Origin: an uncultured Nitrospiraceae bacterium
GTDB taxonomy: Bacteria; Nitrospirota; Thermodesulfovibrionia; UBA6902
Length of the DNA: 33,332 nt
Direction of reading: 5' to 3'
Assembly: GCA_964347155.1 (NCBI GenBank)
Contig: CAYFXR010000149.1
Location: forward strand, 1 to 33,332
How positions within the stretch are numbered: the first letter of the stretch is position 1; every line of letters starts with the position of its first letter. The notes beneath the pieces were generated by a model. It made no database searches. It was not told the DNA's origin and saw nothing but the letters and a program-made list of their open reading frames with translations. Shown here one piece after another: positions 17,280 to 26,363 of this stretch. The position numbers and the translations under genes are program-made.

Positions 17280-18851
17280 ATGAAAAGAGTTCTTTTATAC
17301 GTAATAACTGCCCTGATAGTCATGACAAATATTCATTATTCATATGCTGCAGAGGAATCATCCGCGGAGTTGCCTTATGTAAGACCCCAGTTTTTCTGTG
17401 GCGCCTGTCATGTCCTTACTTATCCTAAGGTAATAAAAAAGGCGCATACGTCATGGCAGGCTGGTAAACATAAAGATGTCCCCTGTGTAGATTGCCATTA
17501 TCCTCCTGAAAAACTCGATGTCAGAATCCCCGAACATGAAAAAATTCCAAGAGATGAAGAGACTGCATCAGGCAAGAAGACGGCTCTGGAGTTTATGAAG
17601 ACCGAGCTGGAAGTCTTATCAAGGCTGATAACAATATTGAATATGGAAGAGTCAGTGATAAGGACAAAGCCAAGAATTGACGACAGGAGTTGTAAGCAAT
17701 CCAAATGCCATCCGCCAACCGGCATTGGCAGGGAAGGAGAGTTCTGGACTAAAAAAATCAATTTCTTTGAGTATGAAAGAGAGGATAAATCAAAAGGCGT
17801 TATCCCGTATGTTCATGAAAAACATTTTGATAAGGAGAAATGGATAGAAGGTCAGGAGATGCACTGTACAACCTGTCATCAACATGAGACTAGTCAGAAA
17901 CATTTTGAAGTCTCCCGGAAGAAGTGCTTTCTCTGCCACTTTAAGAATGTCAAATTAAATGAAGAACGGGCAAAATGCTCACTATGTCACGAGATTCCCA
18001 CAAAACCTCTTCAGAGACAAAAGAAAGAAGGAGCAGACCCTGATGAAAAACCTATTACTCATCAATCGATTGAAGAGGCAAAGGTACAGTGCGAGAGCTG
18101 CCATCTCCACTTTATAAAAGGTAACGGTACGGTAAGGAAGGAAAAGTGTCTTAATTGTCATGAAAATGAAGAATCAACTATTAAGGAGGTGCTTAATAAA
18201 AAACGTATGCATGAAGAACATGTAGCAGGACAGAATGCCGGTTGTTTTAGTTGCCATGAGACTATTGAGCATAATAAACAGGGAGATTTTATAGATATTG
18301 CAAGGGAAAACTGCCAGGCATGCCATCCTGATCATCATAAGTACCAGAAGATGCTTTTACTTGGAGAAAAGAGGAAAGGAGTATCACATATCCCGGGCCT
18401 CATGTTTGCTGTGAATACGAACTGCCTCGCATGTCATCTTGAAGAAAGACTTATTAATGGAGAGAAAGTTGTGCATGGCTCGGGAAAGGCGTGTGCTGCT
18501 TGCCATACTGAAAAACATGAAGGCATGGTAAAGGAGTGGAAGGACAAGGCAGGGGAAGAGTTAAAGAATGCCCAGGAGATCGGCAAAGAGGCTTCAAATG
18601 CTATTGAAGAAGCAAAGGGCAAGGTGAGGGAGGAGATATTAAAAGAAGCATTGGCAATGGTAAAAGAGGGTCAGGAGAATTTAAAGATTGTTGAATACGG
18701 AGGGGGGGTTCACAATAAGAAATACTCTATAATGCTTCTTGACGTGGCCATGTCCAACTTTGAGGATGCCATAGATTTGCTTAGTGAAGATGAGGACGAA
18801 GAGGAAGGCGAAGAAGACGAAGAATACGATGAAGATGAGGATGATGAATGA
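17280..18851 (+). CDS. Dodecaheme cytochrome c (11 CxxCH + 1 CX4CH) with N-terminal anchor and poly-acidic C-terminal tail
   Basis: Motifs counted directly, including the non-canonical CKQSKCH. Final 27 aa are almost entirely D/E. SD AAGGAGGGA upstream. Confidence 0.85.
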   Translation: MKRVLLYVITALIVMTNIHYSYAAEESSAELPYVRPQFFCGACHVLTYPKVIKKAHTSWQAGKHKDVPCVDCHYPPEKLDVRIPEHEKIPRDEETASGKKTALEFMKTELEVLSRLITILNMEESVIRTKPRIDDRSCKQSKCHPPTGIGREGEFWTKKINFFEYEREDKSKGVIPYVHEKHFDKEKWIEGQEMHCTTCHQHETSQKHFEVSRKKCFLCHFKNVKLNEERAKCSLCHEIPTKPLQRQKKEGADPDEKPITHQSIEEAKVQCESCHLHFIKGNGTVRKEKCLNCHENEESTIKEVLNKKRMHEEHVAGQNAGCFSCHETIEHNKQGDFIDIARENCQACHPDHHKYQKMLLLGEKRKGVSHIPGLMFAVNTNCLACHLEERLINGEKVVHGSGKACAACHTEKHEGMVKEWKDKAGEELKNAQEIGKEASNAIEEAKGKVREEILKEALAMVKEGQENLKIVEYGGGVHNKKYSIMLLDVAMSNFEDAIDLLSEDEDEEEGEEDEEYDEDEDDE

Positions 18852-18983
18852 TTTTATGCTCTGTCCTATGATTGAAATATAGTAACTACTCATGTCTCTT
18901 CCTTTGGAATTTGAAAAAAAGGGAGGATTATAGGGGTGAGTTGCTACAAATATAACACAATTGATCGAAAAAAGGAGGTAACC

Positions 18984-19856
18984 ATGAGTAAGATAAATAC
19001 TGTAACTGTATCCCGCCGCGATGTGCTCAAGACAGGCAGCGCTGTTGTTGCGGCTGCTGCTACAACAACAGGCCTTGTGCCAGATGTAGCAGAGGCTGCA
19101 AAAAAGAAAAAGAAAAAACTTGCCCGCTGGGCTATGGTAGTTGACCTCAGGAGATGCATTGGCTGCAGGGGATGCTGCATTGCAGACAAGGCAGAATATG
19201 GAGCTGCACTCGGAAGGTATAACACGGTTGTCAAGAATGTAGAGTACGGCAAATATCCTGCTCCCCAAAAGCATTTCCTTCCTCGTCTGTGTAACCACTG
19301 TGCAGGCGACCCATCAAAAGAATGGCAGGTCCCGCCATGTGTTGAGGTATGTCCCGAAGCAAAAAGCGGAGAGAGGAAGAAAATGGGGAATGAAAGATAC
19401 AGGACAGGCGCTACGTATAAGCGACCTGACGGGATGATTTTGATAGATCCCAACCTCTGTATCGGCTGTTACAAATGTGTTGATGCATGTCCGTATGGAG
19501 TGCGCTCTCCTGACCCTAATGTAAAGCTTACCAGGCCTGACAGGGAAAAGGATATCGGAGTGGGTAAATGTACGTTCTGCCGGCATCGTGTCGATAAGGG
19601 AATTACGACTTCATGTACGAATACCTGTCAGGGCATGGCAAGGAATTTCGGTGATCTGAACGACAAAAAAAGCAAGGTCTATAAACTTGCCAAGGAATTT
19701 AAATTGCTCGAAAACAGGGACAAGTCAACCCTGCTTCCGGAAGAAAAGACTATGCCTCACGTATTTTATATAGACCCGGATGGTGTGTTAGCGCACTACA
19801 ATAAGAAAATTACAAAAGAGACAAAATTGCGGGAGTTTACATCCTGGTTTGAATAA
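18984..19856 (+). CDS. TAT-exported 4x[4Fe-4S] ferredoxin subunit partner of the molybdopterin enzyme (PsrB/ArrB/DmsB-like)
   Basis: SRRDVLK TAT motif after ATG 18984 (SD AAAGGAGG). Four Cys clusters. The ORF-track GTG 18936 extension is unlikely. Confidence 0.85.
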   Translation: MSKINTVTVSRRDVLKTGSAVVAAAATTTGLVPDVAEAAKKKKKKLARWAMVVDLRRCIGCRGCCIADKAEYGAALGRYNTVVKNVEYGKYPAPQKHFLPRLCNHCAGDPSKEWQVPPCVEVCPEAKSGERKKMGNERYRTGATYKRPDGMILIDPNLCIGCYKCVDACPYGVRSPDPNVKLTRPDREKDIGVGKCTFCRHRVDKGITTSCTNTCQGMARNFGDLNDKKSKVYKLAKEFKLLENRDKSTLLPEEKTMPHVFYIDPDGVLAHYNKKITKETKLREFTSWFE

Positions 19857-19889
19857 TGAATAACGAAAATACAGAAAGGAGGAAATAAA

Positions 19890-22373
19890 ATGGCTAATGT
19901 AACACGACGAAATTTCATACAGCTGGGCATCGCAAGCGGAGCCCTCCTTGCTGCCGGAGAAGGTATTGTATTCCCTGCTTTAGCTGGTGCAGTAAAGTTA
20001 GATAAAGGCGGCAAGGATTTCAACTTTAAGACGGATGCAGAGAGAACAGCCATTCCAACTGCATGCTGGTCATGTTTTACCAGGTGTGCGGCTATCGGTT
20101 TTGTGGAGGATGGCAAGCTTGTTAAAATCGAATCCAATCCTAATTCTATCAGAACCGAGGGCAAAATGTGTGCAAAAGGACAGTCAGGTCCCAACGATAT
20201 CTATTTCCCGGACAGGATACTCTATCCAATGAAACGTGCAGGCAAACGCGGTGAGGGTAAATGGAAGAGGATTTCCTGGGATGAGGCTATTACAGAATTA
20301 TCAGGACGGCTAAAAAAGCTCCGTGACGACGGTAATCCAGAGAAATTCATGTTCCACTATGGCATGATGGAGGCAAGTTCTAGAAAACTGATGAAAAACG
20401 TTTTCCTTGATACGTACGGCACAGGGACGATAGGAAACCATACCTCTACAAGCACGAGCGCAAAAAAGACAGCGCAGGAACTGACGTGGGGCGAGTTCTT
20501 CGATAACTGGGACTTTGACAATACCAAGTTTGTCATGAATTTTGGAAGTAACGTGCAGGAGGCCCATATCAATCATGTACCTTGCTCAAACAGGCTGATA
20601 AAGGCAAGGGTTGAAAACGGTGTAAAGAGTGTTACCTTTGATGTGAGATTTTCAAATACCGCGGCAAAGTCAACTGAATGGATACCAATCAAACCGGGAA
20701 CCGATGGAGCAGTTGCCCTCGCTATGTGTAATGTGATAATGCAAAACGATCTTTATGACAAGGATTTCTTTACATTCATCAGGGCTAAGGAGAATGTCAA
20801 TCTCTCTATAGACGAAAAGGTATCTGCTTTGAAATCTCACCTCTCCCGATATACACCTCAATGGGCGGAAAAAGTAAGCGGTGTGAGCGCCGCTAAGATC
20901 GAATCTCTCGCAAAAGAATTCGCAAAGACAAAGCCTGCAGTAGTAATCAGCTTTAGAGGGGCAATAGCCCATTACAACGGTGTCGAAAACGAACGTGCTA
21001 TCCAGATGCTTGCTGCAATAACAGGCAACATTGATAACCCAGGCGGAAGATGCAGAGGTGTGCGAGCCAGATGGGAATATCCAAAGGGGCCGAAAGATAA
21101 ACCGGAGACAAAGAGACTGGATATAATTGACGGCAAAGGCGCAGCCCTACCGACTCACAACATGGGACACCAGGTATTTAAGATGATCAAGGAAGGCGGT
21201 AATGGAAGACCTGAAGTATACATGTGGTACTGCTATAACCCTGTGTATGTGAACGGCGAAAGCACGGAGAATGCAGAGGTTCTGAAAGACGAAAAGATGA
21301 TCCCCTTTACAGTGGCTTCAACTATTGTCTATGACGAATCGAGCAAACTCGCTGATTTGATCCTGCCTGATGCCACCTATCTCGAAAGATGGGACTGGGA
21401 AGACAATGTCTCCCCCACTCAGATTCCAGAATACTATATCCGACAGCCCCTGGTAAAGCCGCTTGGGGAGGCCAGGGATTTTGGAGACGTGGTGATTGAG
21501 ATTGCAGAGAAAATGGGCATGCCTTTAGGTGTTGGCAGTTCTAAAGAGGAGTTTGTAAGGAAATCCTGCGAGATGACTCCCGGTGTAAAGGAGGCAGGCG
21601 GCTTTGAGTACATGAAGAAGCAGGGTGTGTGGCATGACCCGAATGAAAAACCTCGTTATCATCTATACAGGGAAGAAGTAAAGACTGACGGTGCAATTCT
21701 TGATGAAGCAACGGGCGTATACTGGAGAGGAAAAGCAGGTGAAGATTACACCAAGACCAGAAATGCATACAGACAGTATGTTGGCCAGAAAATAGGAGAC
21801 AAGGTCTACAGAGGCTTTTATCCTGACAAGCTCAATAAGACTGGTTACTTTGAGCTTTACTCCGCGCTTATGAAAGAAAAGGGCTTTGACCCTCTTCCAA
21901 CCTGGATGCCGATACCTGAGCATGAGAACATGAAGCCTGATGAGCTGATTCTTGCTACCTATAAAGTCGCCATTCATATCCTCTCAAGGAGTTCACACCG
22001 TAAATGGCTAAGCGAGGTTTACCATGACAATCCAGGATGGATCAATCCTAAAACCGCAGCTACACGGGGTATCAATGATGGAGACAAAATCAAGGTTAAA
22101 TCAAGAGTCGGAGAGATTATAACCAGAGCACGTGTTACCGAAAAGGTTATTCCCGGAGTCATAGCCATCTCCTTTCATGCAGGACGCGAGGAAAGCGGAA
22201 GATACGGATCAGGCAATAAGTCACCGGAGGCACATGATAATGACCCGGATCTCCAGAACAAGTTCTGGGATACATATGGTGTAAATTCAAACAGGATTAT
22301 CCCCAACTCTTCTGACCCAATAAGTGGCCAGCTGTGCTGTATGGATACGGTTGTAACAGTGACAAAAGCATAG
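19890..22373 (+). CDS. TAT-exported molybdopterin oxidoreductase catalytic subunit, Psr/Phs/Ttr/Arr clade of the DMSO-reductase family
   Basis: TRRNFIQLG TAT signal. N-terminal CxxCxxxC...C [4Fe-4S] motif (CWSCFTRC...MCAKG). RISWDEAI and FGSNVQEAH family motifs. 827 aa. SD AAGGAGGA. Confidence 0.85.
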   Translation: MANVTRRNFIQLGIASGALLAAGEGIVFPALAGAVKLDKGGKDFNFKTDAERTAIPTACWSCFTRCAAIGFVEDGKLVKIESNPNSIRTEGKMCAKGQSGPNDIYFPDRILYPMKRAGKRGEGKWKRISWDEAITELSGRLKKLRDDGNPEKFMFHYGMMEASSRKLMKNVFLDTYGTGTIGNHTSTSTSAKKTAQELTWGEFFDNWDFDNTKFVMNFGSNVQEAHINHVPCSNRLIKARVENGVKSVTFDVRFSNTAAKSTEWIPIKPGTDGAVALAMCNVIMQNDLYDKDFFTFIRAKENVNLSIDEKVSALKSHLSRYTPQWAEKVSGVSAAKIESLAKEFAKTKPAVVISFRGAIAHYNGVENERAIQMLAAITGNIDNPGGRCRGVRARWEYPKGPKDKPETKRLDIIDGKGAALPTHNMGHQVFKMIKEGGNGRPEVYMWYCYNPVYVNGESTENAEVLKDEKMIPFTVASTIVYDESSKLADLILPDATYLERWDWEDNVSPTQIPEYYIRQPLVKPLGEARDFGDVVIEIAEKMGMPLGVGSSKEEFVRKSCEMTPGVKEAGGFEYMKKQGVWHDPNEKPRYHLYREEVKTDGAILDEATGVYWRGKAGEDYTKTRNAYRQYVGQKIGDKVYRGFYPDKLNKTGYFELYSALMKEKGFDPLPTWMPIPEHENMKPDELILATYKVAIHILSRSSHRKWLSEVYHDNPGWINPKTAATRGINDGDKIKVKSRVGEIITRARVTEKVIPGVIAISFHAGREESGRYGSGNKSPEAHDNDPDLQNKFWDTYGVNSNRIIPNSSDPISGQLCCMDTVVTVTKA

Positions 22374-22462
22374 GATTACTCCAAACAATGGGCATTAAAG
22401 AGAAGGAGTTAAAGATTGTTATCAAAATATGCATACACGTCAGTGGAGGACAAATTTAACAA

Positions 22463-22746
22463 TTAACTCAAATAATGCAGAGTCGATTCGACCTCAAAAA
22501 TACCCGTCATACCTCCCCCTTTGGAAAAGGGGGATTTAGGGGGATTTTATAATGATAACGTCCTATAAATCCCCCCTCTCCCCGTATAGGGGCGTTGCAT
22601 CAACGGCGAAAAGCCGCGTTGCGGCCTCGCCGCTTTACGCGGGGCTTTACGCCCCACTTTAATAAAGTGGGGGAAATATATAATTAATATTGCGTTTAAG
22701 GTATCGTCCCGACACATCGGGACATTATTTAAAATGCATTTTTGGG
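22463..22746 (+). mobile_element. MITE-like element (copy E) carrying a ~185-bp GC-rich multi-hairpin cassette
   Basis: Family termini TTAACTCAAATAATGCAGAG ... TTAAGGTATCG...AAAATGCATTTTTGGGCT. Internal hairpins: CCCCCTTTGGAAAAGGGGG; GGGGGATTTTATAATGATAACGTCCTATAAATCCCCC; CCCCACTTTAATAAAGTGGGGG. Confidence 0.65.
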
Positions 22747-22754
22747 CTGAAGAA

Positions 22755-23408
22755 ATGACGAAAAAAATGATCGAAACAGCAAGACAACGAAGCAATATTT
22801 ACGGACTGCTTGCACTTGTTTACCGCAAAGAGGTGACAAAGACACTATTAAGGCATTTAAAAGACCCGGAGTTCCTTTCTGTCTTGTCAAACATGGGAGC
22901 TAGGCTGGAGGATGATTTTTTGAAAAGGCCCGAGGACGAATTAATAGAAGACCTTTCGATAGAATATACAAGACTGTTCTTAGGGCCTGGTAAGCATATC
23001 TCTCCCCATGAATCTGTTCATCATGAGAGAGGTGACGGAGATTGGGGCCAATTGTGGGGCAGGGCAACCGTTGAGGTAAAAAAATTTATTGAAACAGCAG
23101 GGCTTAAATATACGTCCAGTTACCCAGGATTACCTGACCACATCAGCGTTGAATTTGAATTCATGAGGGAAGTTACCAGGCGTGAAGCACATGCCCTCGA
23201 AGAGAATGATAATGATGGGCTGCTCTCTTGTCTGATGATGGAGAACAAATTTATCGAAGACCATCTCTTAAAATGGGTTCCCATCTTTTGTGATAAGATC
23301 ATCTCTGAAGCGGAATTGTCTTTTTACAGGGAAATAGCAAAAATAACAAAGCTTTTTATTGAATTTGAAAAAGAAGAATTGAAGGGATATATATCAGTTT
23401 TATTTTAG
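22755..23408 (+). CDS. TorD/DmsD-family redox-enzyme maturation chaperone
   Basis: EYTRLFLGPG signature. The ORF-track start at 22734 lies inside the repeat terminus (AAATGCATTTTTGGG). ATG 22755 or 22767 is more plausible. Confidence 0.75.
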   Translation: MTKKMIETARQRSNIYGLLALVYRKEVTKTLLRHLKDPEFLSVLSNMGARLEDDFLKRPEDELIEDLSIEYTRLFLGPGKHISPHESVHHERGDGDWGQLWGRATVEVKKFIETAGLKYTSSYPGLPDHISVEFEFMREVTRREAHALEENDNDGLLSCLMMENKFIEDHLLKWVPIFCDKIISEAELSFYREIAKITKLFIEFEKEELKGYISVLF

Positions 23409-23415
23409 ATTTTAT

Positions 23416-24201
23416 TTATCGCAGTCTGAGGTCTGCTGTCACTTTATCCTTATGGCATGTGATACATATTTTAAAAATTGGGCCACTTATACGGAACGTT
23501 GAATTCCCACTTGCTCCTTCTGCCTCAGATCTTTCAGTTTGACCAGCCAGACGAACCCTGTATTTCTCACTAGCCCCTTTTGCGGCAGATTTCTCATAAG
23601 GTATTACTCCTCTTTCATGTGGATTATGACAGGTAGCACACATAATTTCCCCTTTGAAATTTAGCGGAAGTATTATATCGAACTCTTTTTCTGATGCTTT
23701 CATCATTGCCAGCATCTCATTGGATGGCTTGCATATGTGATTTGCATTTACAGGATGTGCATGGTCATACACTTTACTGTGACATCCCAGGCACAGCACA
23801 TCAAGACTTCTAATGAATTTAATTTCCGGACGATGGATTGTAAATGTTGCACGTTTTTCATCAGGCTTTTCCGGATGGCAGTATAAACACTTTTCTCTGA
23901 TAATATCTCCTGTTTCATTTAACTGGTTATGAGGATCGAAAATCTTATATTTATTTTTTTGATGGCACTTAGAACAGATATCTTTTTTTTGAAGGGAGGC
24001 TTTTTTTTGAAATTTCCTTACAGTTCTCTTGTGAACTTTATGCCATCCCCACTTTCCTCTATAGGAAGGATCTATTTCATCGTTTTCAGTATCATTCTGA
24101 GTAAATCTGACAGGTATTATTTTACCTCTCTCTTGTGCGGATAATGTATTGCTCATAGGAATCATTATTATGAGTAGGAGAATTGATATTGTGCGATTCA
24201 T
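23416..24201 (-). CDS. Periplasmic pentaheme cytochrome c
   Basis: Five CxxCH (CSKCH, CLYCH, CLGCH, CATCH, CITCH). The signal peptide starts at the Met at 24201. The upstream 46 codons of the ORF-track model read through a repeat copy. Confidence 0.8.
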   Translation of the reverse strand: MNRTISILLLIIMIPMSNTLSAQERGKIIPVRFTQNDTENDEIDPSYRGKWGWHKVHKRTVRKFQKKASLQKKDICSKCHQKNKYKIFDPHNQLNETGDIIREKCLYCHPEKPDEKRATFTIHRPEIKFIRSLDVLCLGCHSKVYDHAHPVNANHICKPSNEMLAMMKASEKEFDIILPLNFKGEIMCATCHNPHERGVIPYEKSAAKGASEKYRVRLAGQTERSEAEGASGNSTFRISGPIFKICITCHKDKVTADLRLR

Positions 24202-24211
24202 TATCACGCCA

Positions 24212-24350
24212 TTAATCCAAACAATACATTTCAGATAATGCAGGCTTTGTGTCCCGATGCATCGGGACGATACCTTGGAAATTCGTAATCCATGTCCGTA
24301 GTACGTGTCCGTAAAAAACGGATAACGGACACGTTTCACGATAATATAAG
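24212..24350 (-). repeat. Partial MITE-like copy (copy F) plus hairpin CGTGTCCGT..ACGGACACG
   Basis: TTAATCCAAACAATACATTTCAGATAATGCAGGC terminus. Internal GGTATCGTCCCGAtgCATCGGGAC is shared with copy E. Confidence 0.55.
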
Positions 24351-24509
24351 AAATACAGTTAAATTTTGTATTTTAAGAGCAAAAATAATGCCAATATATA
24401 AAATTAAAAAATAACTTTATTTTTAAGTAGTTGCATGTGATCAATTATGTTCTTAATGTCTAAAAAATATCCAGGATGTATATTCTCTATACAAAAAAAT
24501 AGAATGTCA

Positions 24510-25697
24510 TTAAATTTCTATATCCTTCCACTTTATTAAATACATGACAACAATCCCTACAAAAAATGCGATTCCCATATTAGTTGTTGCAAGACCGATA
24601 CCTGCAATCATTAATGCTACGAAAAGGTCTCTCTTTTCTTTTACATCTCTTATCAGCAAAGCCAGTTCAAGCCCTGCATATAGAAGAAGTATACCCAGAA
24701 CAGCATTGGGGATTGATGACAGAAGAGATATCCCTATCTTGCCAAAGACAAGGGCAATCAGCACAAAAATAGCCCCGATCATTACATTAGAACCACCTGT
24801 CCTTGCACCGAATCTGTAGTGTGCAGCAAGACCGCCTGCACCATGACACATAGGCATCCCTGCAATTGATCCCGTAACGATGTTCGTAAGACCCATGCTT
24901 GTAGCAAATCCACGATAACTTACCCTCTTGGTACTCTCTCCTTTACCAAAAAGGGAAAAACATGTATCAGCGGTGCCCATTACCGCATTACCCAGGGTTA
25001 GAGGTATCTGGGGAATTACAAGAAGAATAAAGGCGTTCACGAAGTCATCCATAGTGGGTTTGAAGACTTTAATCGGTGCAGGTCCTAATGAGAGGCTGAC
25101 ACCTTCCAGTGCTCCGCTTAACACGCCGATAACGATTCCCGTGAATACTATTACGATGGCTGCTGGAAAGCGTTTGCTCGATATCAACATAAGTACAATG
25201 ACAAATCCTAAAATACCGATTACTAGATTGAAAGAGATGCCTGTAAAAGAAATAACCGCACCGGATTTTTGGATAAAAAGCTCAGGTTTTTGGATAAAAC
25301 TGATTCCTTTCGTGATAAGGATAAGTCCAAGCCCTAACTGTATACCCCTCATGATTGGTTTTGTAAAGAATTTAGCTAGCCAGTCAATCAAACCGGTAAA
25401 GGATAAAAATAGTAAAATTGCCCCAAAAGTTATACCTGATGCCGCTATAATCGGCAAGGTTATCTTCGCAGGATATGCAATAGCAATTGCTGATACCACC
25501 TTTAACGGCTGTACAGGTATGGGGAGTTTATAATAGATACCACTGACGATATAAAAAAGACCAACCATCAAAAGCACAGAAGTTACACCAAGACCGGTAA
25601 TAACTATTAGTGCTACAGAAAGCGGAATTAATGTACCAAGGTCTCCCAGAGAGCCTGCAAACTCTACCCTGTCAAACTTAAATGAGCCAATCTGCAT
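24510..25697 (-). CDS. MOT1-family (SulP-like, no STAS domain) putative molybdate transporter
   Basis: Contains both MOT1 signature motifs: PVQPLKVVSAIA (cf. PxQPMKxIxA) and GMPMCHGAGGLAAHYRFGARTG (cf. MPxCHGxGGLAxQYxFGxRxG). ~10 TM. Confidence 0.7.
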   Translation of the reverse strand: MQIGSFKFDRVEFAGSLGDLGTLIPLSVALIVITGLGVTSVLLMVGLFYIVSGIYYKLPIPVQPLKVVSAIAIAYPAKITLPIIAASGITFGAILLFLSFTGLIDWLAKFFTKPIMRGIQLGLGLILITKGISFIQKPELFIQKSGAVISFTGISFNLVIGILGFVIVLMLISSKRFPAAIVIVFTGIVIGVLSGALEGVSLSLGPAPIKVFKPTMDDFVNAFILLVIPQIPLTLGNAVMGTADTCFSLFGKGESTKRVSYRGFATSMGLTNIVTGSIAGMPMCHGAGGLAAHYRFGARTGGSNVMIGAIFVLIALVFGKIGISLLSSIPNAVLGILLLYAGLELALLIRDVKEKRDLFVALMIAGIGLATTNMGIAFFVGIVVMYLIKWKDIEI

Positions 25698-25827
25698 ATA
25701 TAGAATCCCTACCCCACCGTCAGATAGTCCTTTCAGTCTTCTTTACGCGCAATGTCATAAGAGTATATATCATTTTGAAAAATAAAAGTTAATATAATGA
25801 TTTTAAATAAATTTTTTTATTTGCAAC

Positions 25828-25856
25828 TTGACAGTCTCATATGATAGTAATATATA
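25828..25856 (+). promoter_or_regulatory. Sigma-70-like promoter TTGACA-17-TATATA upstream of GYD gene
   Basis: Consensus -35 hexamer and near-consensus -10. ~35 nt upstream of SD AAAGGAGGA / ATG 25891. Confidence 0.5.
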
Positions 25857-25890
25857 AATATTAAATAAATATTTTTAGAAAGGAGGAATT

Positions 25891-26175
25891 ATGGCTAATT
25901 ATATTGCCTTAAGTACTCTTACTGATGAGGGAAGAAAGACCATCAAAAAAAATCCGGACAGGATTAAAGAAGTAAACAGGGAAATTGAGGCTATGGGTAT
26001 TAAGGTATTGGAACAGTACGCAGTGCTCGGCCCATATGATTTTGTAACATTACTTGATGCCCCCAATAATGAGACTGTTTTAAAAATGTCTGTCGAACTC
26101 GGTTCAAGAGGCACGGTTCAGATGATCACCCTGCCGGCTCTCTCAGTAGATGAGTTTATAAAAACCCTGAAATAA
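25891..26175 (+). CDS. GYD-domain protein
   Basis: 94 aa. GPYDFV motif and ~95-aa length typical of the GYD family. Confidence 0.7.
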   Translation: MANYIALSTLTDEGRKTIKKNPDRIKEVNREIEAMGIKVLEQYAVLGPYDFVTLLDAPNNETVLKMSVELGSRGTVQMITLPALSVDEFIKTLK

Positions 26176-26363
26176 AATCATAATAGGTGATAGGGGACGC
26201 GTAACGGGTAACGAGTTAAAGTATTTATTTAACCTGTTACTCGTTACTTATGACAAATTGTTTTTCTAATTCCCTGCAACTGGTTGAATTTATTGACAAT
26301 TATTGGCTATTGACAAGCAGAATATTTGATTTTATCCACTTGTTCTGGCATGCTAAATATATG

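Noticed and set aside
18776-18851. Poly-Asp/Glu stretch as possible frameshift or assembly artefact
   Set aside because: Frame is continuous from the last heme motif and ends in a clean stop. Treated as a genuine low-complexity tail.
18681-19298. 205-aa minus-strand ORF overlapping the cytochrome/FeS gene junction
   Set aside because: Antisense to two strongly supported genes. The composition is the reverse complement of the poly-GAA/GAT acidic tail and of coding sequence.
22734-24339. ORF-track starts at 22734 (torD-like) and 24339 (pentaheme)
   Set aside because: Both extensions run through repeat-element sequence. The pentaheme extension would bury the signal peptide, which begins at the Met at 24201. 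Downstream ATGs fit better for both genes.
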